Source of the DNA: Phoronis australis
Taxonomy: Eukaryota > Animalia > Phoronida
Direction: 5' to 3'
Assembly: GCA_002633005.1 (NCBI GenBank)
Contig: NMRA01000583.1
Location: 156,044 to 220,043, forward strand
DNA: 64,000 bases
The notes under the pieces are model-generated. The model made no database searches and was not told the origin of the DNA. It saw nothing but the letters and a program-made list of their open reading frames with translations. How positions within the stretch are numbered: position 1 is the first letter of the stretch; each line of letters begins with the position of its first letter. Shown piece after piece: positions 13,809-26,499 of this stretch. The translations under genes were made by a program, and so were the position numbers.

Positions 13809-14818
13809 TACGGTGCTGTTTATACGGTGCCGTTAGGGGTCACAGCACAGCAGGAAACCACAACAAACCATTGCCGAAAGTTCAGAACACAACAAAAAAG
13901 TACGGTGGCCGTAGGGGACACAAGACACGAGGGAATCACAACACGCCCGCGAAAGTTCACAACACAACAGAAAAAGGCCACAGCAAGTCAGAGAAAGCTC
14001 ACAACACGTCAAATACACTGCCAACACGCCAATAAATCCCTTCACGGCACAACACACCAGAGATAATTTCACGGCTTAGCAGGGAGCTCACAGATTTCTT
14101 GACTAGCTAACCATTGAACAAATGACACGGTAGTGTGACATGCTTTGGTAAAAATTACATCCGGTACAGAGGGAAGACAATTTCACTGTTCTTAATTACT
14201 TTAAAATGCAGCCACTCAATTTTTATTTTTTTGTTTGGTAATTTGAACTGTTTGCAACCAAATTTGCATGAGCTCAACAAGTCTTGGTAACCTAGAAAGA
14301 GCTTTCAGATGCACATAAACAGCCAAGCACTGTTAATATCTTTATGTCAATCATGTGCGACTAATTCAATTATACGATGGAGTATAATTAATATGTATGA
14401 TGATATGTTGCTTAGACTGATTATACCGGATGATTCATTTCTGTATTCAGTTATCCTCATAATCACAATTAATTCATTGACATGGTAATAAAGTATGAAA
14501 ATTCAGATTGGAGCACTTTGTTGTTCTCTAAATTGCGCTTTATTGGTTATTATGGAAATGATTTCGAAACTGAATCATCATTTTACAACCCACTCAGTCC
14601 TTGTTGTTTTTCGGGTTGGCTAGCAATGGCTTATTCTAAAACAGGTACCTTATGTGGATAACTTAAAGGGACAACAAACGCCAAAATGTGAATTGTGACC
14701 GTAGACGTCACAGTTGTGAACCTTCTCTGGTGTGCTCTGGTCTTTATCTGTAGTGTTTGGAACTTTCTCTGGCGTGTTGTGGTTCTCTGATGTGTTGTGG
14801 TCTTTAAACGGCACTGTA
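13809..14818. mobile_element. IS3EU-like non-autonomous element
   Basis: Termini TACGGTGCTGTTTA / TAAACGGCACTGTA; 6-bp TSD AAATTT at 13803-13808 and 14819-14824; subterminal CACAACAC arrays in inverted orientation. Confidence 0.75.
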
Positions 14819-16063
14819 AAATTTACTTACGTGTTACAAAATGGTAGGCTTCGAGATTTATTTAATGAACATTTTTAGCATGGACAAAAACAGCCACCAA
14901 AACTGTTTAAAACGTGTACGTATGCAAAGAATATTCAACTACGCCTGTAAGTAGAGCTTAGGCGCAGGCGTCGATATGCCGCGAAACACTGAATGAGTGA
15001 ATTTTTTTGAAAACGCATTATTTTGGATACAGGACCATAGATCTAAGAACGCTCAAAAAATACGCTGCATGTTTTATGAAAGTGAAGTGCTAGCATAAAA
15101 TCTGAGGAATGTCCTGGAGCATGCTGCGGGAATGACGATCTTATAAGAAGGGCTTCACTGATCAAGTTTAAGGTGATATTGATGCTGATGAAGGCGACAA
15201 ATTGTTGGCGCTGTGGAATGGAGTATTAATATAACGGATGGTTTCTGGCTTCAAGAAGAGTGTGGTAGTAAAATGAATGAATACGAGTGTTTGATCAAAT
15301 ATCTGTATTTTCTGTCAAGCTAATTTCAGTGTAGTTTTAGAAGTAGACTGTTGAAAATAATGAAATATACGAGTATTGGTGGCATTTATTATTCCAGGCT
15401 GAGACCAAGTGCAAAACTCTATTGCATTGTATGACTTCGTGTGAGGTTTCCATTATACTTTGTACTACAAGCAGTTCTCATTTTACGCAGGTTTATTTAG
15501 TACAAAAACAAAGCAATATACAGTGTAATTACAGTAAGTGATACGTTTGATATCTGTCAATACCTAACAATCATCTATTCATATACAGTAATATTTGTTT
15601 TAATACGTTTTTATACACTGAACTGGATCATGGATCTTTAGTTGGAAACCGGTGCTTCGTTCACTGAACAGGTTTTTATCCAGATTAAATAAATTACCAC
15701 TACAATTATGTATACTACCACCACTAACACTCATTACCAACAAACAATAGCATATCGTGATTCACGTATGTTATCAATTCATGCAAGTTGCGTGTATCTG
15801 TCTTACGTGTATAGTTCTTTGTTGTAATAAGTTACCATGTCACTTTGTGTTAACTCGTAAGCTGTCCTCTTTTTACACAACATGGGGAATTGTGCTGTGA
15901 ATCCTATTTTGTTTCACATTAGAAATGGAAAATTCGAATATCATAAAACTTCCAGTTCAATTAGAAATGAGCTACACCTTAAAACTTGCGTCTTACTATA
16001 GTCTCGCTTGAAACGATAGTTATGTTGACCGAAACATGACACGCAGATCTCATCAAGGCTGTG

Positions 16064-16102
16064 TTAATTATTGTTGTTATTTTCTTCGAAGAACATGAAA
16101 TC
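16064..16102 (-). CDS. PLSCR: Scramblase terminal coding exon
   Basis: DFMFFEENNNNN-stop; tctttcag acceptor. Confidence 0.93.
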   Translation of the reverse strand, partial: DFMFFEENNNNN

Positions 16103-19100
16103 CTGAAAGATAAGAATTCAAATGTTTACACGAAGATTCCCCATACGCCACTTGTTCATGTCCAGCGTTATACATGATTTTGTTGTCAACATTCCAAATG
16201 TCAGAACAACATCAAACAACGTCGACGAAAAACGACGTCTGAATCACCCAGTATCACCAGCATTTCAATTCATTTGCTTTTCAACAAGTTTTATTGCTGT
16301 AAACAACGAAGGCGAACTAACACAGAATTTGATTTCGTTACATTGCGCATCATCTGACCTCGAGGTCTCTTGCCTACGCTCTACACTGAACTCGAAACAA
16401 ATACACCTTTGTACCACAACCATGCCGCACGACTGGTTCAATTTCGAGTCTGAGTTCAGAGATTGGATCCTCGACCCTGATCACAACTTGGACTTAGGTC
16501 CAAGTCCACCCACATGTATTAGAACGCCAAGACTTACAATTAGAATTGTTGCTCCCAAAAGTGTAGCTTTCATCTTCACATCCAGGTCCATCGGGACTGA
16601 AATGGGAAAGTTGGTGAAACATTCAGGCACTTTCAAAGCTTTGATGATCATCAATTTGACATATTCATACGCTGCTTTGGGTGATGTCAGTCGTCATCAC
16701 ATCTTTATAATTGTAGCAAAAAACGATGCATGGCTTATTCAGTTATTTACACTGTAGACCTCTCTTTGATTCGACTACTCTAACTTGTGGACGGTTACAC
16801 TACACAGTATCCGTCATAGTTAATTCTCTGTTTACCCTACACTAATATGCGCATTGGAGCATTTTAAGAAATTCCATGTTTACTACTGTTCTGCTTCCAA
16901 AAAGAGCCCCTGTGCTTTAACACCACATTATGGACGTTCTCTTCGTGAGCAGCTTGGCTACTATAGCAGTAGTCTGAGGAAACTTTACTTGACGAGTGAT
17001 AAAACCTGACATTTTTCAACGGTTCCAAACCGAAACGTCAATGAACACTGCCATGTCTGCTAAGCATTGAGAGGCGACTGCTTACATCAAAAGCCAGTGG
17101 TATCAGACAGCAACGAGCTGCGCTGATCCATCTACGGGGAAATCGTGACAGTGACAAGAGTCGTGCAAGCTCCATGGAATACCAATGTGTGTTTGAAAAC
17201 TAGGAAAAGTGTGTTGTCATCTTTTTGCGTAAACCCCACGGCTCAAACCCGAGAAATGATGATGTAAAACAAACTGGGTTTCTTCTAAGCGGAGCAAACT
17301 GGCGTAAAATTTATCCCGGTGCCAGCTTCGTTTTTCAGAACAGCATAAGTTTACACAATGAGTCGCACCTAAAGAAGTTGTTCCTTGAACAACCTGTGAC
17401 GGTTCAAGCGGAGCATAAAAGGGATATGAAAGTGCGTACATTTGTGTTTTGCGTACCATCTTTTTTCGTGACAAAAATGTATTTCAGAATTCGATTCTTA
17501 TTATGTCTACATGCGCAATGTTTATAAAAGCAATTGTGTGAAAGAACTTACATGTAATTCCAAAGTTATCAGCATTCACAAACATTTCTTTTGCGAATCC
17601 CGCCCATTGCTTGCTTATCTTGCCCACGTCCATCTTACCGTCAGTGGTCTGGAGCTGAAAAAAACACATTTAAATGCTGGGCGTCTAATTCACCTCTATA
17701 TGTAACACCGTGACATTATGGGGATTCGTGGACGATGCGTTGGCGACAATTTTCGACGATTTCATGAACTGCAAAGTGTATTTACAACCGTACAAAACCG
17801 CACACTCTTATAATTCATTTTCTGCTTGAATTTCGGTGTCCAAAATTTCGGAGGCCTTCCAAACTGGAGAATTCTTATCGTATATCAGAATACTAATTAA
17901 TATCTGCGTGCCTCAAATTCACTTCAAATCTGCCCACAGGTTCCGATAGTGACATCCGTAACTGTGACGACTAGCGACTATGGAATGAAGGACATAGTTT
18001 GTAAAATTGCAGTTGGTACAAACAAGGAGGGAAGCGAGTCTCAAAGTAGTGGGGGAAACGATTTACCAATGCAACGCTAAAGTGCGTCATAAGGAGAGGG
18101 GGCATGTAGTCCAAGTTTGGTATCAGAAAGTTGGAGTCAGTGTAGGGCACAGGGCGCAGGAAGGTCACGGGGATGACTTTTGTTTGATGGACGACCTTGT
18201 GAAATAGTTTGAGTTAGACATCATAACCTTAATTGATTTTTTCCACTGCAATTAATCTTTAAAGCGGTGGGCTGGCATTGCGCAAGCAGTACTCTCTTTC
18301 ACTGACAAATAAGACCAACATAAAACTATAGCGAAAACATGAAGTGTAAGTGGAAAATAACATAAGTAACATGACATACCACAAAGTCGACGTCGCCCGT
18401 ACAACAGATAGTCTGACAGATACAACATGGCCCTTGGATTGTGAACACGTCGTTTTCTGCAGCGTCCATCACATGGTACTTCGGGGCCCAGCCACTTTGT
18501 CTGTATTACAAAATTACATTTTGTTCATTCCTTACTGGTTGTAACACGTCGCCAAATTTGAAGTCACGTTCTATTATGACCTCTTTTACATCCTTCCATG
18601 ATAGTAACAAGCAACTGATGGAGCTTCAAGAGACCAATATACAATAAGATCTCTTAGACTGATCAGCGCCAAAACATTAATAAACTGTATTCTTTATATT
18701 ACTGTTTTTGGTGTCTATAAACGTGTTAATTAGTGTTAGCAGAACACACGTGCACCTGGGGGGGTCGAACACGAGACAAAGACAGAAGTCCACTAGAAGC
18801 AGGAACTACCAAAATTCAGCGAGTGCACAATCCATAGCTTTGAACGTACCCCGTTTTTTTGTTTTTTCTAGTAAAACTTCCAGATACTCAAAAATTCGAG
18901 TCTCCGGTTTTAGGCTGGGTACGTGCATGCAGAAACACTGAATGCTATTTATTTGTCGACCGAAAGGTTCAGAAATAAAAGATTTGAGACAGTATAACAC
19001 ACGAAGATAGCACCTAATTGAGCTCCATTCTATACACGTCATAGTCATGGAAATTTTACAGTACCAAAGCCGCTTAAAACAATGTTGAGGAATTTAAAAA

Positions 19101-22100
19101 TAACTTTATTCACAGACGACTTTGTTCCTCCAAACAAACATTACTGTATCTTTGTCTTTTTCTTGAAATGAAAATGGTTAATAAAACAGGACAAAACGCC
19201 TGGAGCTCCCAAAACGGACATAAAACATGGACGGCCTAGTAAGCAACAGCAGTGAACCCATTGGGAAGCAAAATGTACAGGTCAGTTATTTCACTTAAAC
19301 ATTTCTAATCTAAGTAAACCACAACATTAGAGAGATTTTGTTATGGTAACAGGCGCAAATCGACAGTGGTTTTTGGTTGCAGGAGAGCGTGACCTTTTTA
19401 TGTGAAGCCGTGACGCGGAAAAAAAAAAACCTGTCCACACGCTGGTGCCCTACCTAATCGTTTTTGGCATGTCAAATAGCCCAGACCAGAAACTGTGCAA
19501 GGTTTTTGAACATTTTAGTTACAGGAGTTCACCTTAGTGATCATGAGTTATTTAAAAGAGCCCACTGCGCGAGATATTATATCAAGGCGCGATGCAATTG
19601 GGTAAAATTTCAAGCATATGTTTAGGGGAATTGGAAGGCGCTATTTTGTGCCAACGGTGTTGATTGATACAAGAGGCGAGGCAATAGCGCCCATAAGTAT
19701 CAAAGTAAGAGCCTAGAGTGACCATTGGAATAAAATGATAGTCACGTTGCTGGCCTGTGGGGCCAGGGTTGTGCGATCGCAATATCATATTAAACTTAAA
19801 AGAACTTGAATGGATAAACTATGTTCTGGAGACGTGTGTCAAAGGGTATTTATCAGGACAGATTGACAACTATGTATAGTGTTGAGTACTAACGCCTGTC
19901 TCACATATCCAACGACTTGTCCAGGTGGGGCTTCAACTGTCACCATGTGGGCACAGCAGTCGGCGCTGGCGCACCAGCAGCAGCCGGCGCAGCATTTGAA
20001 CTCTCTGCGGATAAGCATCACCTCCTGAAAAATGTCACTGATCAATAGTTTCGCGATTTTCTCTTGCCAGACGACAGACATACTAGAGGAGGGATTTGTT
20101 TCTTCAAATATCAGTAATCTTTTGACTAGCGATGAATTTTCTCATTACATGGATTTGTCATTTTCACTAACTTCAACACCTGCGAAGTCCATACATGTAT
20201 ATCCCGGCCACAATTATGCGCAACGGATAATCAAGCTGGAGGCGCCCGGGATTTCATTTAGTTCAGCGATAATCTTTCAAACTGTGTTTCATGGCACAAA
20301 CAGAGTTAATCGAAATTTGCTAGAAAGATCATAAAAGGTGATAATGAACTCTGCCTACCAAAGGATATAACTGCTATCTGAAAAAGTACTCATTTTCAAG
20401 AACTAATGATTCCACAAATGTGTAGAACCCAGAAAGTAAGCGAATTTGAGGTTCGAGTCATACTAAAATCGGTTCACTATGACTGTGTGTACATGTAAGC
20501 TTGTCAAATGAAACTGAATCCAGTTACTTGACTGATAAGGAAAACAGTTGTGTTAAAGGCAACGCATTTTTTTTTAGCACAGATAAGGCCACACTCAATC
20601 GGACTGAAATCTTTGTGTTTCTTATCTATGAACTTCGTAGCGAGGCTCACGTGCCCCGCGATATTAAACGATACTCAAGCGTGGCAATTCCCAAGTGTGA
20701 TACACACTGAAAGTTAATACTGGTTCGTTCTTTCAGTTCCAACTCACTTTCAGTCTTCTTCGTACTATTTTCTGACAATAGGTGCAGTAAAAATGACCAC
20801 TATGGTTAGAGAAAACGTCAGATAGAAAGGTAATGTTTCATCCAACTGGAAATTAAAAAATCCACCAAAGAACTTGATAGATATAAATGCATAGGCAAAG
20901 AAAACACAAATCACCACTAGAGGACGCTACAGTAATCGGTATCGTTCCAATGTCAAAGTCAGTCGTACTCTCCTAAATTTACACTTATATATAACAAATT
21001 TCGTGAAAATAGAAATTAAGACAGAGGGGAAATCAGCCACTAGGGGACGCCACAGTAGATGGCATCGTCCAAAAATGAACTTCAGCCATCCTCATGTCGA
21101 GTCAATGTGACGAACAAATTTGTGAAATGTTGTGATACTTCAAGCGGTTAAGTCGATAGAGGTGGACGCAAAAATATATGTAAATATAATAAAATTAGGA
21201 GGCGCAGATTTCTTTGAATCCGTCTGAATATGGGACGGTGTCACTGTCTTCACAACAGAAAACTTCTCACATCTTATGAAACTCCGCCGATAAAATGTGG
21301 ACAAAGAGGCTATCGTAATTGCCAATAGGAAAACAGCGGTCCTAACATTTGCACGTGTCGTCCCATTCATGATATGAACATGTCAGTAAAAGAGAAGTAA
21401 CAGACAGACGGAAATGAACGCATATTTTGTACACCTATGTACAAAATAAATGGACGCATGACTCTGTGTCGTTCACGGGTGTACGATTATGGCTTCAATG
21501 GGTGAAACAAAGCAACCACTGCAACAATATGTATATGTGTATGAATATATAGATTATGGTCCAAGGCAGAGGGAGAGCTGCGAGCTAAATTGTCTGCACA
21601 AATGCTAACACCAGAACAATTGAATGAACTTAGTGTTTGTATTTTCACAAAATTGACATACATGTAAGCTGCCAGCTCAGCTTAAGTGAGGCAGGCAGAC
21701 TGCTGGTAGCCATCGGTCTGTGCTGTCCCCAGTTTCAATGAAGTCCAACCAGCCGTGAAATTAGTTTCCAGTCGAGTTAGATTGGGCCACACGCGCTAAT
21801 TACATGAGTGTGAACACTTATAAAACATTCAGTTCTTTTTGCATACTTGGCAGAAAGGAAGTAAAACGACTTAACCATGGCATGTGCTTCATCGCATGGT
21901 TCAGTGCCTGGATTGGTATAAGCGTATTTTTGTATACTCCAATGATGCATCTACGCCTCTGAAGTGACGAAAATTTTGTAAGGGCGCAGGAGTATGCTTT
22001 ATTTAAGTCTGCCTCCGAAATAAGTGAAAACGACTCGAGGTTAAGAGATAAGACGTTATGTGACCAAAATTTTATTCATAAAAAGTTTCGACATTGACGA

Positions 22101-25100
22101 AGCACATGTACTAACCTGCTGCATGTTGTCAACGACATGAACTTCAAAGCCTCGCTGTGGACCACAGCACTGTCTCATGCACATATCCGTTTCTATAAAC
22201 AGAAAATTGACAAATTATTCGAGCATTGTCCTAGATGACTTCAATTTTATGCAGAGAGGCACGTCCCAATGCATCTTCGGGAGATCACAATGGATTACTA
22301 CCACGCAAACGATAGTTGAAAATCCAAAAAGCAGACGTGTATTTGAGAGGTTGCAGTTTTTCTTGCAATATAGACACTCTTTTCTCTGATACTTGCCTAC
22401 GTAAGGGTTTCCCGGATGTTTTTTGGTGAAATGTTTCACAATATTTAACACCAAGACAAGTGCCTCTGAGGTGGCTTCAATATGCACACGATTACTATTG
22501 TGCGTGAGTGCCAAAGAAGTGCTACAAATGCTTTTCCAAACTGTTTGCTTTTGTACACAAGCATATGAGTGCCTCGTGTTTCGTGAAAAACTGATCATTT
22601 TAACTAAGTGCACTTACTACAGCCGAACGAATAGACACACACTAAACTTTGTTTCTGTTTCACGCAACAGTCGGTATTGTGAACACGTCGTTTGGTTAAA
22701 GGATTACTTACGCTCTGCAGCAAAGTACACTTGTTGGCCCATGGAGTTCTTGATGGCAAACCTGTTGTTCGTTTCCCAACCAGTAAAAGCTGTAAAAAAT
22801 CCAGTAAATCTCAGACGAAACAGCAGACTTATTATAGTTTGCGAAGGTTTTCCTAACTTGTGTGAAATTAAAAACCTGAACAATGGTTGCGCGTAACCAA
22901 GTGGAGTTTGAGTGGCTCGAACAAGCCCCCTTTTGGCGAAGAGGACAAAAACTCAGAGAAACAAAAAATCCGAAAAAATAAAAAAACGAGACCAAAGTCC
23001 ACTAAAAAGGGAGGAACTACTTCGTAAATTTTGGTAAAAGGTCCACATGCTCTAAAATTCGGGTTCCCCAATTTTTTAGTATGTGTGCGCGCGCATGCGA
23101 AGTATTAGCATGCGCCAGCAAATTTGCGGCATAAAGGCTATACCGAAAGCGTTATTTTATAGATTTCTTATCAAATTAGACAACGTCGGATTCAGTTCTG
23201 ACTACATCTCGACAAAAGCTCGAGAGATGTTTATCGGAAACGCTATAACTTACTGAGCAAGGCCATTCACAAAGAAACAATTAGAAGCTAGTTTATTGTG
23301 ACATGAGAACGATTAAACTGCAGAATGTTTCAGGCGCGAAGCTCGTCACAGTTAGGTAGAGTCTGGAAGAGTGCTTTTCAGCCTATTTTGTATTGAAAAT
23401 GATCGTCAATTTAGCCACAAGAACGTCAATTTCAAAATGTAATTAGCGCCATCGTAACCATGCGGTATACATCTCTATTTTAACGTACGCGTATCAAAGC
23501 ACAGGATCACCTTATTAAAACCTTAGATTACCAACAGGGGAGCTTTTGTAGTCGACTTCATCAGAGAATCAACTGTCACTGGATTATTCCATTTGTCGAG
23601 TTTATCAAGTTCTTCTTGTCCCATTCGCTTTTACAACATTCGATAGACACGATTTATAGTGTGGAGACGGGGTTGATGCGGTGACAGCGTATGCTTGTAA
23701 TTAACTTCTTTGTTAGGATTAATAAAACTCTGTCTATGGAAAGCCAAAGCGTAAAAACCCAGGACAAATATTTTCTGTGCAAGCTTTGAAAACAGGCCAA
23801 AACATTGATTTTACTCTGCAGGACCAAAAATATATACCTCGAAACCAGACTTTTTGCTTACGCGATAAAGAATCCAAAACAATGTTTTCGCTCTGAAAGA
23901 CAAAAAAATCAAGACTAAAACCTACCAAGTCAAGACCAAAAATTTAGTACCTCAGTACCAAAAATTAATCGCGCCAGAAAATTTTCATGCCAGGAGACCA
24001 TGCGATCATCCACGGGCATTGACCCCTCAAAGTGATGACGTCGGCATTAGGTACACAAGGACTGAGCTTTCAACAACGTTTCGCCGACGACAGTCATACA
24101 ATGGTGACAATGCGGTATCTTTCATGCTTTATAAGCCAATGTACAATTGTACACATTAGACTTGGATACTGCTGAGTATATACAGAGACACCGCGGATCG
24201 TCACTGTCGGATCATGGTGGATGGTTACGTTGACTCTTTATTTGGCATGAACATCTTCTGTCCTGGCAATTTTCTTACCCGTCGTGTTAAATTTTTATCC
24301 CAGTAATAGGCCTTGGCGTGAAAAATGCCAGTTTTGCGTTGTTTTTTGGTCCTGCAGAGATTTTAATTATTGAATTATGTGTCGTGGAATGTTTTCCGCT
24401 TTAGCTTTCCTTATCTGTCAATTCATTTTGACAATAATCGACGGACTAAGAACGTCACTAACAGAAACGATCAACACGGGGTGCTTCATCAAAAGCCACT
24501 GGTGTCTTAAGTTTCACCAATGTGTTGGGCTGTTTTGGTGAAAAATTGACAGTCAACATATTTTGGCGAAAACCAAAGTTGTCAGCACGAGGGTGCCACG
24601 CTTGTCTAATAAGGTCCTAATCAGCTAACACACCCATGCAGTGTTAAGTTACATCCAAACCCGTCATATCAATTCTTAAATATTGAGTTACGGACAATGA
24701 ACATGTCAAAAATTGAATTAGTATACTGGAGGTGGACCGGTAGTCGAATCTGCCAGAGTAAGACACTGGTTTCCGAGATAACCATGGGACAAGCTAAAAT
24801 GGTGACCCAGGGCAGGTGAACGAGATGATGTGGACCTCATGCAACCACGATTTTTGTGGGCGTACAATAAGCAAGATTCTGAGAAATACACGGTCCCAGG
24901 TCACCCAACTTTCTTAGACAAGTCACGGATTGCTCACTTTTGGTAGACATCAGAGGAAATTTTATGATTAACACATCTTTGCATAGGTTTTCAGCTACGC
25001 CAGTAATTGTATTGATTTCTATAACTGACCAAGAACGGTAATCAATCCAGTGTAAGTTTACCTTCGAACAACTCAACAACTTGGTGAACCAGTAACTGGT

Positions 25101-25807
25101 CAACTTGAGTGAGATATTCCAACCCGGGTGGACACCCTGGTGGACCCATGGGCTTCATCATCCATTGTTGACCTGGCAAGATAAACAAATGTAATGGAAT
25201 CTCGGCTTAGTTATCTAATAGATAATACCAATCGTTAAGTAAAGTATGCTAAACCACACGATTGATAATGAGACTAACTAAACTGACCTAGGATAACTAC
25301 TGAATTAAATACTGTGCGACAGAGATAGACATATTAAGCAGGGGTTAAACGCAATGGTGCCACGGGAATCCAAGAGCACACTCCATGATGGTCAAAACTG
25401 TTTGCACTGAACAGAGGAGAGCATTTGCCCAAGTGTATCCCCGTGTACGACAACATGAAACTTTATGTGTGGATATTAGAAATCAGAAACTGTCCAGCAT
25501 GTCAAATCACTCATGTTGGTGAAAACAGGTGCGGCATGGCGATACAATCAAGTTACACGAGATGCCTTGGTCAGATTGTTTTTTGTTCTCGTTTGGTTTG
25601 ATAAAGGAGTCATTCGAGTGACAAGTCAGCAGTATAAGTTAGCTCCCTCTTACGGAGACATGCTTCGAAGCAACTGCGACATGTATGTTTGGTCCAATTG
25701 TAAATCGGGTGATTTAACAAAAACGAATGAAGTATCCACCAAGGTATGTCCGTACCTTGTCCTTGCGGCTGGCCCATAACCGCTCCTTCGGGGGGTGCTT
25801 GCTGCAT
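16064..25807 (-). CDS. PLSCR: Phospholipid scramblase (PLSCR family), 9 coding exons, 256 aa
   Basis: Exons 25807-25756, 25172-25062, 22789-22712, 22192-22116, 20024-19894, 18500-18380, 17654-17552, 16596-16538, 16102-16064. All introns are GT-AG with compatible phases and the exons sum to 771 nt. The product has scramblase hallmarks: [63 protein letters not shown], Cys-rich [72 protein letters not shown]. Confidence 0.95.
16538..16596 (-). CDS. PLSCR: Scramblase coding exon 8
   Basis: (F)[19 protein letters not shown]; catttcag acceptor, gtaagt donor. Confidence 0.95.
17552..17654 (-). CDS. PLSCR: Scramblase coding exon 7
   Basis: [34 protein letters not shown]; ttttttcag acceptor, gtaagt donor. 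Confidence 0.95.
17960..18220 (-). mobile_element. Possible LINE 3'-end fragment in a scramblase intron
   Basis: Minus strand LFHKVVHQ...FYK/MSFIP resembles LINE ORF2 C-terminal motifs; short and frameshifted. Confidence 0.3.
18380..18500 (-). CDS. PLSCR: Scramblase coding exon 6
   Basis: (A)QSGWAPKYHVMDAAENDVFTIQGPCCICQTICCTGDVDFV; aatacag acceptor, gtatgt donor. Confidence 0.95.
19894..20024 (-). CDS. PLSCR: Scramblase coding exon 5 (Cys-rich palmitoylation region)
   Basis: [43 protein letters not shown]; ttttcag acceptor, gttagt donor. Confidence 0.95.
22116..22192 (-). CDS. PLSCR: Scramblase coding exon 4
   Basis: (Q)[25 protein letters not shown]; tttatag acceptor, gttagt donor. Confidence 0.95.
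22712..22789 (-). CDS. PLSCR: Scramblase coding exon 3
   Basis: (A)[25 protein letters not shown]; ttttttacag acceptor, gtaagt donor. Confidence 0.95.
23735..24413. mobile_element. IS3EU-like non-autonomous element
   Basis: TIRs TA(T/A)GGAAAGC(C/T)AAAGCG(T/G)AAAA; 6-bp TSD TCTGTC at 23729-23734 and 24414-24419; internal inverted CTGCAGGACCAAAAA. Confidence 0.75.
25062..25172 (-). CDS. PLSCR: Scramblase coding exon 2
   Basis: (G)[36 protein letters not shown]; cag acceptor, gtaaac donor. Confidence 0.93.
25756..25807 (-). CDS. PLSCR: Scramblase coding exon 1 (MQQAPPEGAVMGQPQGQ)
   Basis: ATG in ACAATG context; upstream acceptor ttcgtttgacag at about 25827 implies a 5'UTR intron; donor gtacgg, phase 1. 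Confidence 0.8.
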
Positions 25808-26499
25808 TGTAAATCAGCCTGTTCACCTGTCAAACGAAAAGAAAACAGCAGTATTTACTGAGCACCACTACGAACATCTCATTGACTGGAAGAACAACCC
25901 ATTGTTTACATCGCATATATCGCAGATACAAGGGAAGATTACTATAACCCAAACATTCTACTAAAGGAAGCAATGCCAGTGGTGCTTAGCAAGTCAGCAA
26001 TACTCATCTCACTAGGGATACACCTGTCAAGATCGTAAAAGTGAAACTGGATTTAAGGGACACAGCGGTGTAGTCCAAAAGTCGTTGACGTCATCGTCAT
26101 GTTCACAAAAAATACACGTGCCAAATTTCCCAAACATCCTGCGGGAGGTTAGGATAAACACCTGCTGATAATAAAAAAGCAAAACTACCCGTATAGGGGA
26201 CACCACAATAGTAAAAAATCTTTGCCAGCCATTCTCTTTCCAATGAGAATATACACACCAATTTTCATTACGATTCCTAGAGTGGTTTGGCTGATGGCGA
26301 GATGGACGTCAAAAACAGACTCGAAAGTATTAAACATGGCCACTAGGAAGTGTATATACTATGTCAAACTGGCAGGCATCACCACCTCTTTTAATTGAAA
26401 TCTGGTTGCCACATTTCATAAAAAACAAAAATAAAACTGCTACTAAGGGGCATAGCGGTAGTCGGATCTGTCCTAAAGTCGTCCTCGTCGTCCGTTTAC

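Noticed and set aside
13794-14072. Cys-rich and Thr/Gln-rich ORFs on both strands; short spaced repeats superficially CRISPR-like
   Set aside because: These are translations of CACAACAC subterminal repeats of a TIR element; repeats are degenerate with no unique spacers or cas genes, in a eukaryotic context
16122-16757. 211-aa plus-strand ORF, the longest outside the transposon
   Set aside because: Antisense to scramblase exon 8 and its introns; no recognisable motif; probably chance
22215-22995. ORFs of 132, 157 and 95 aa
   Set aside because: Intronic, antisense or out of frame relative to scramblase exon 3; no domain evidence
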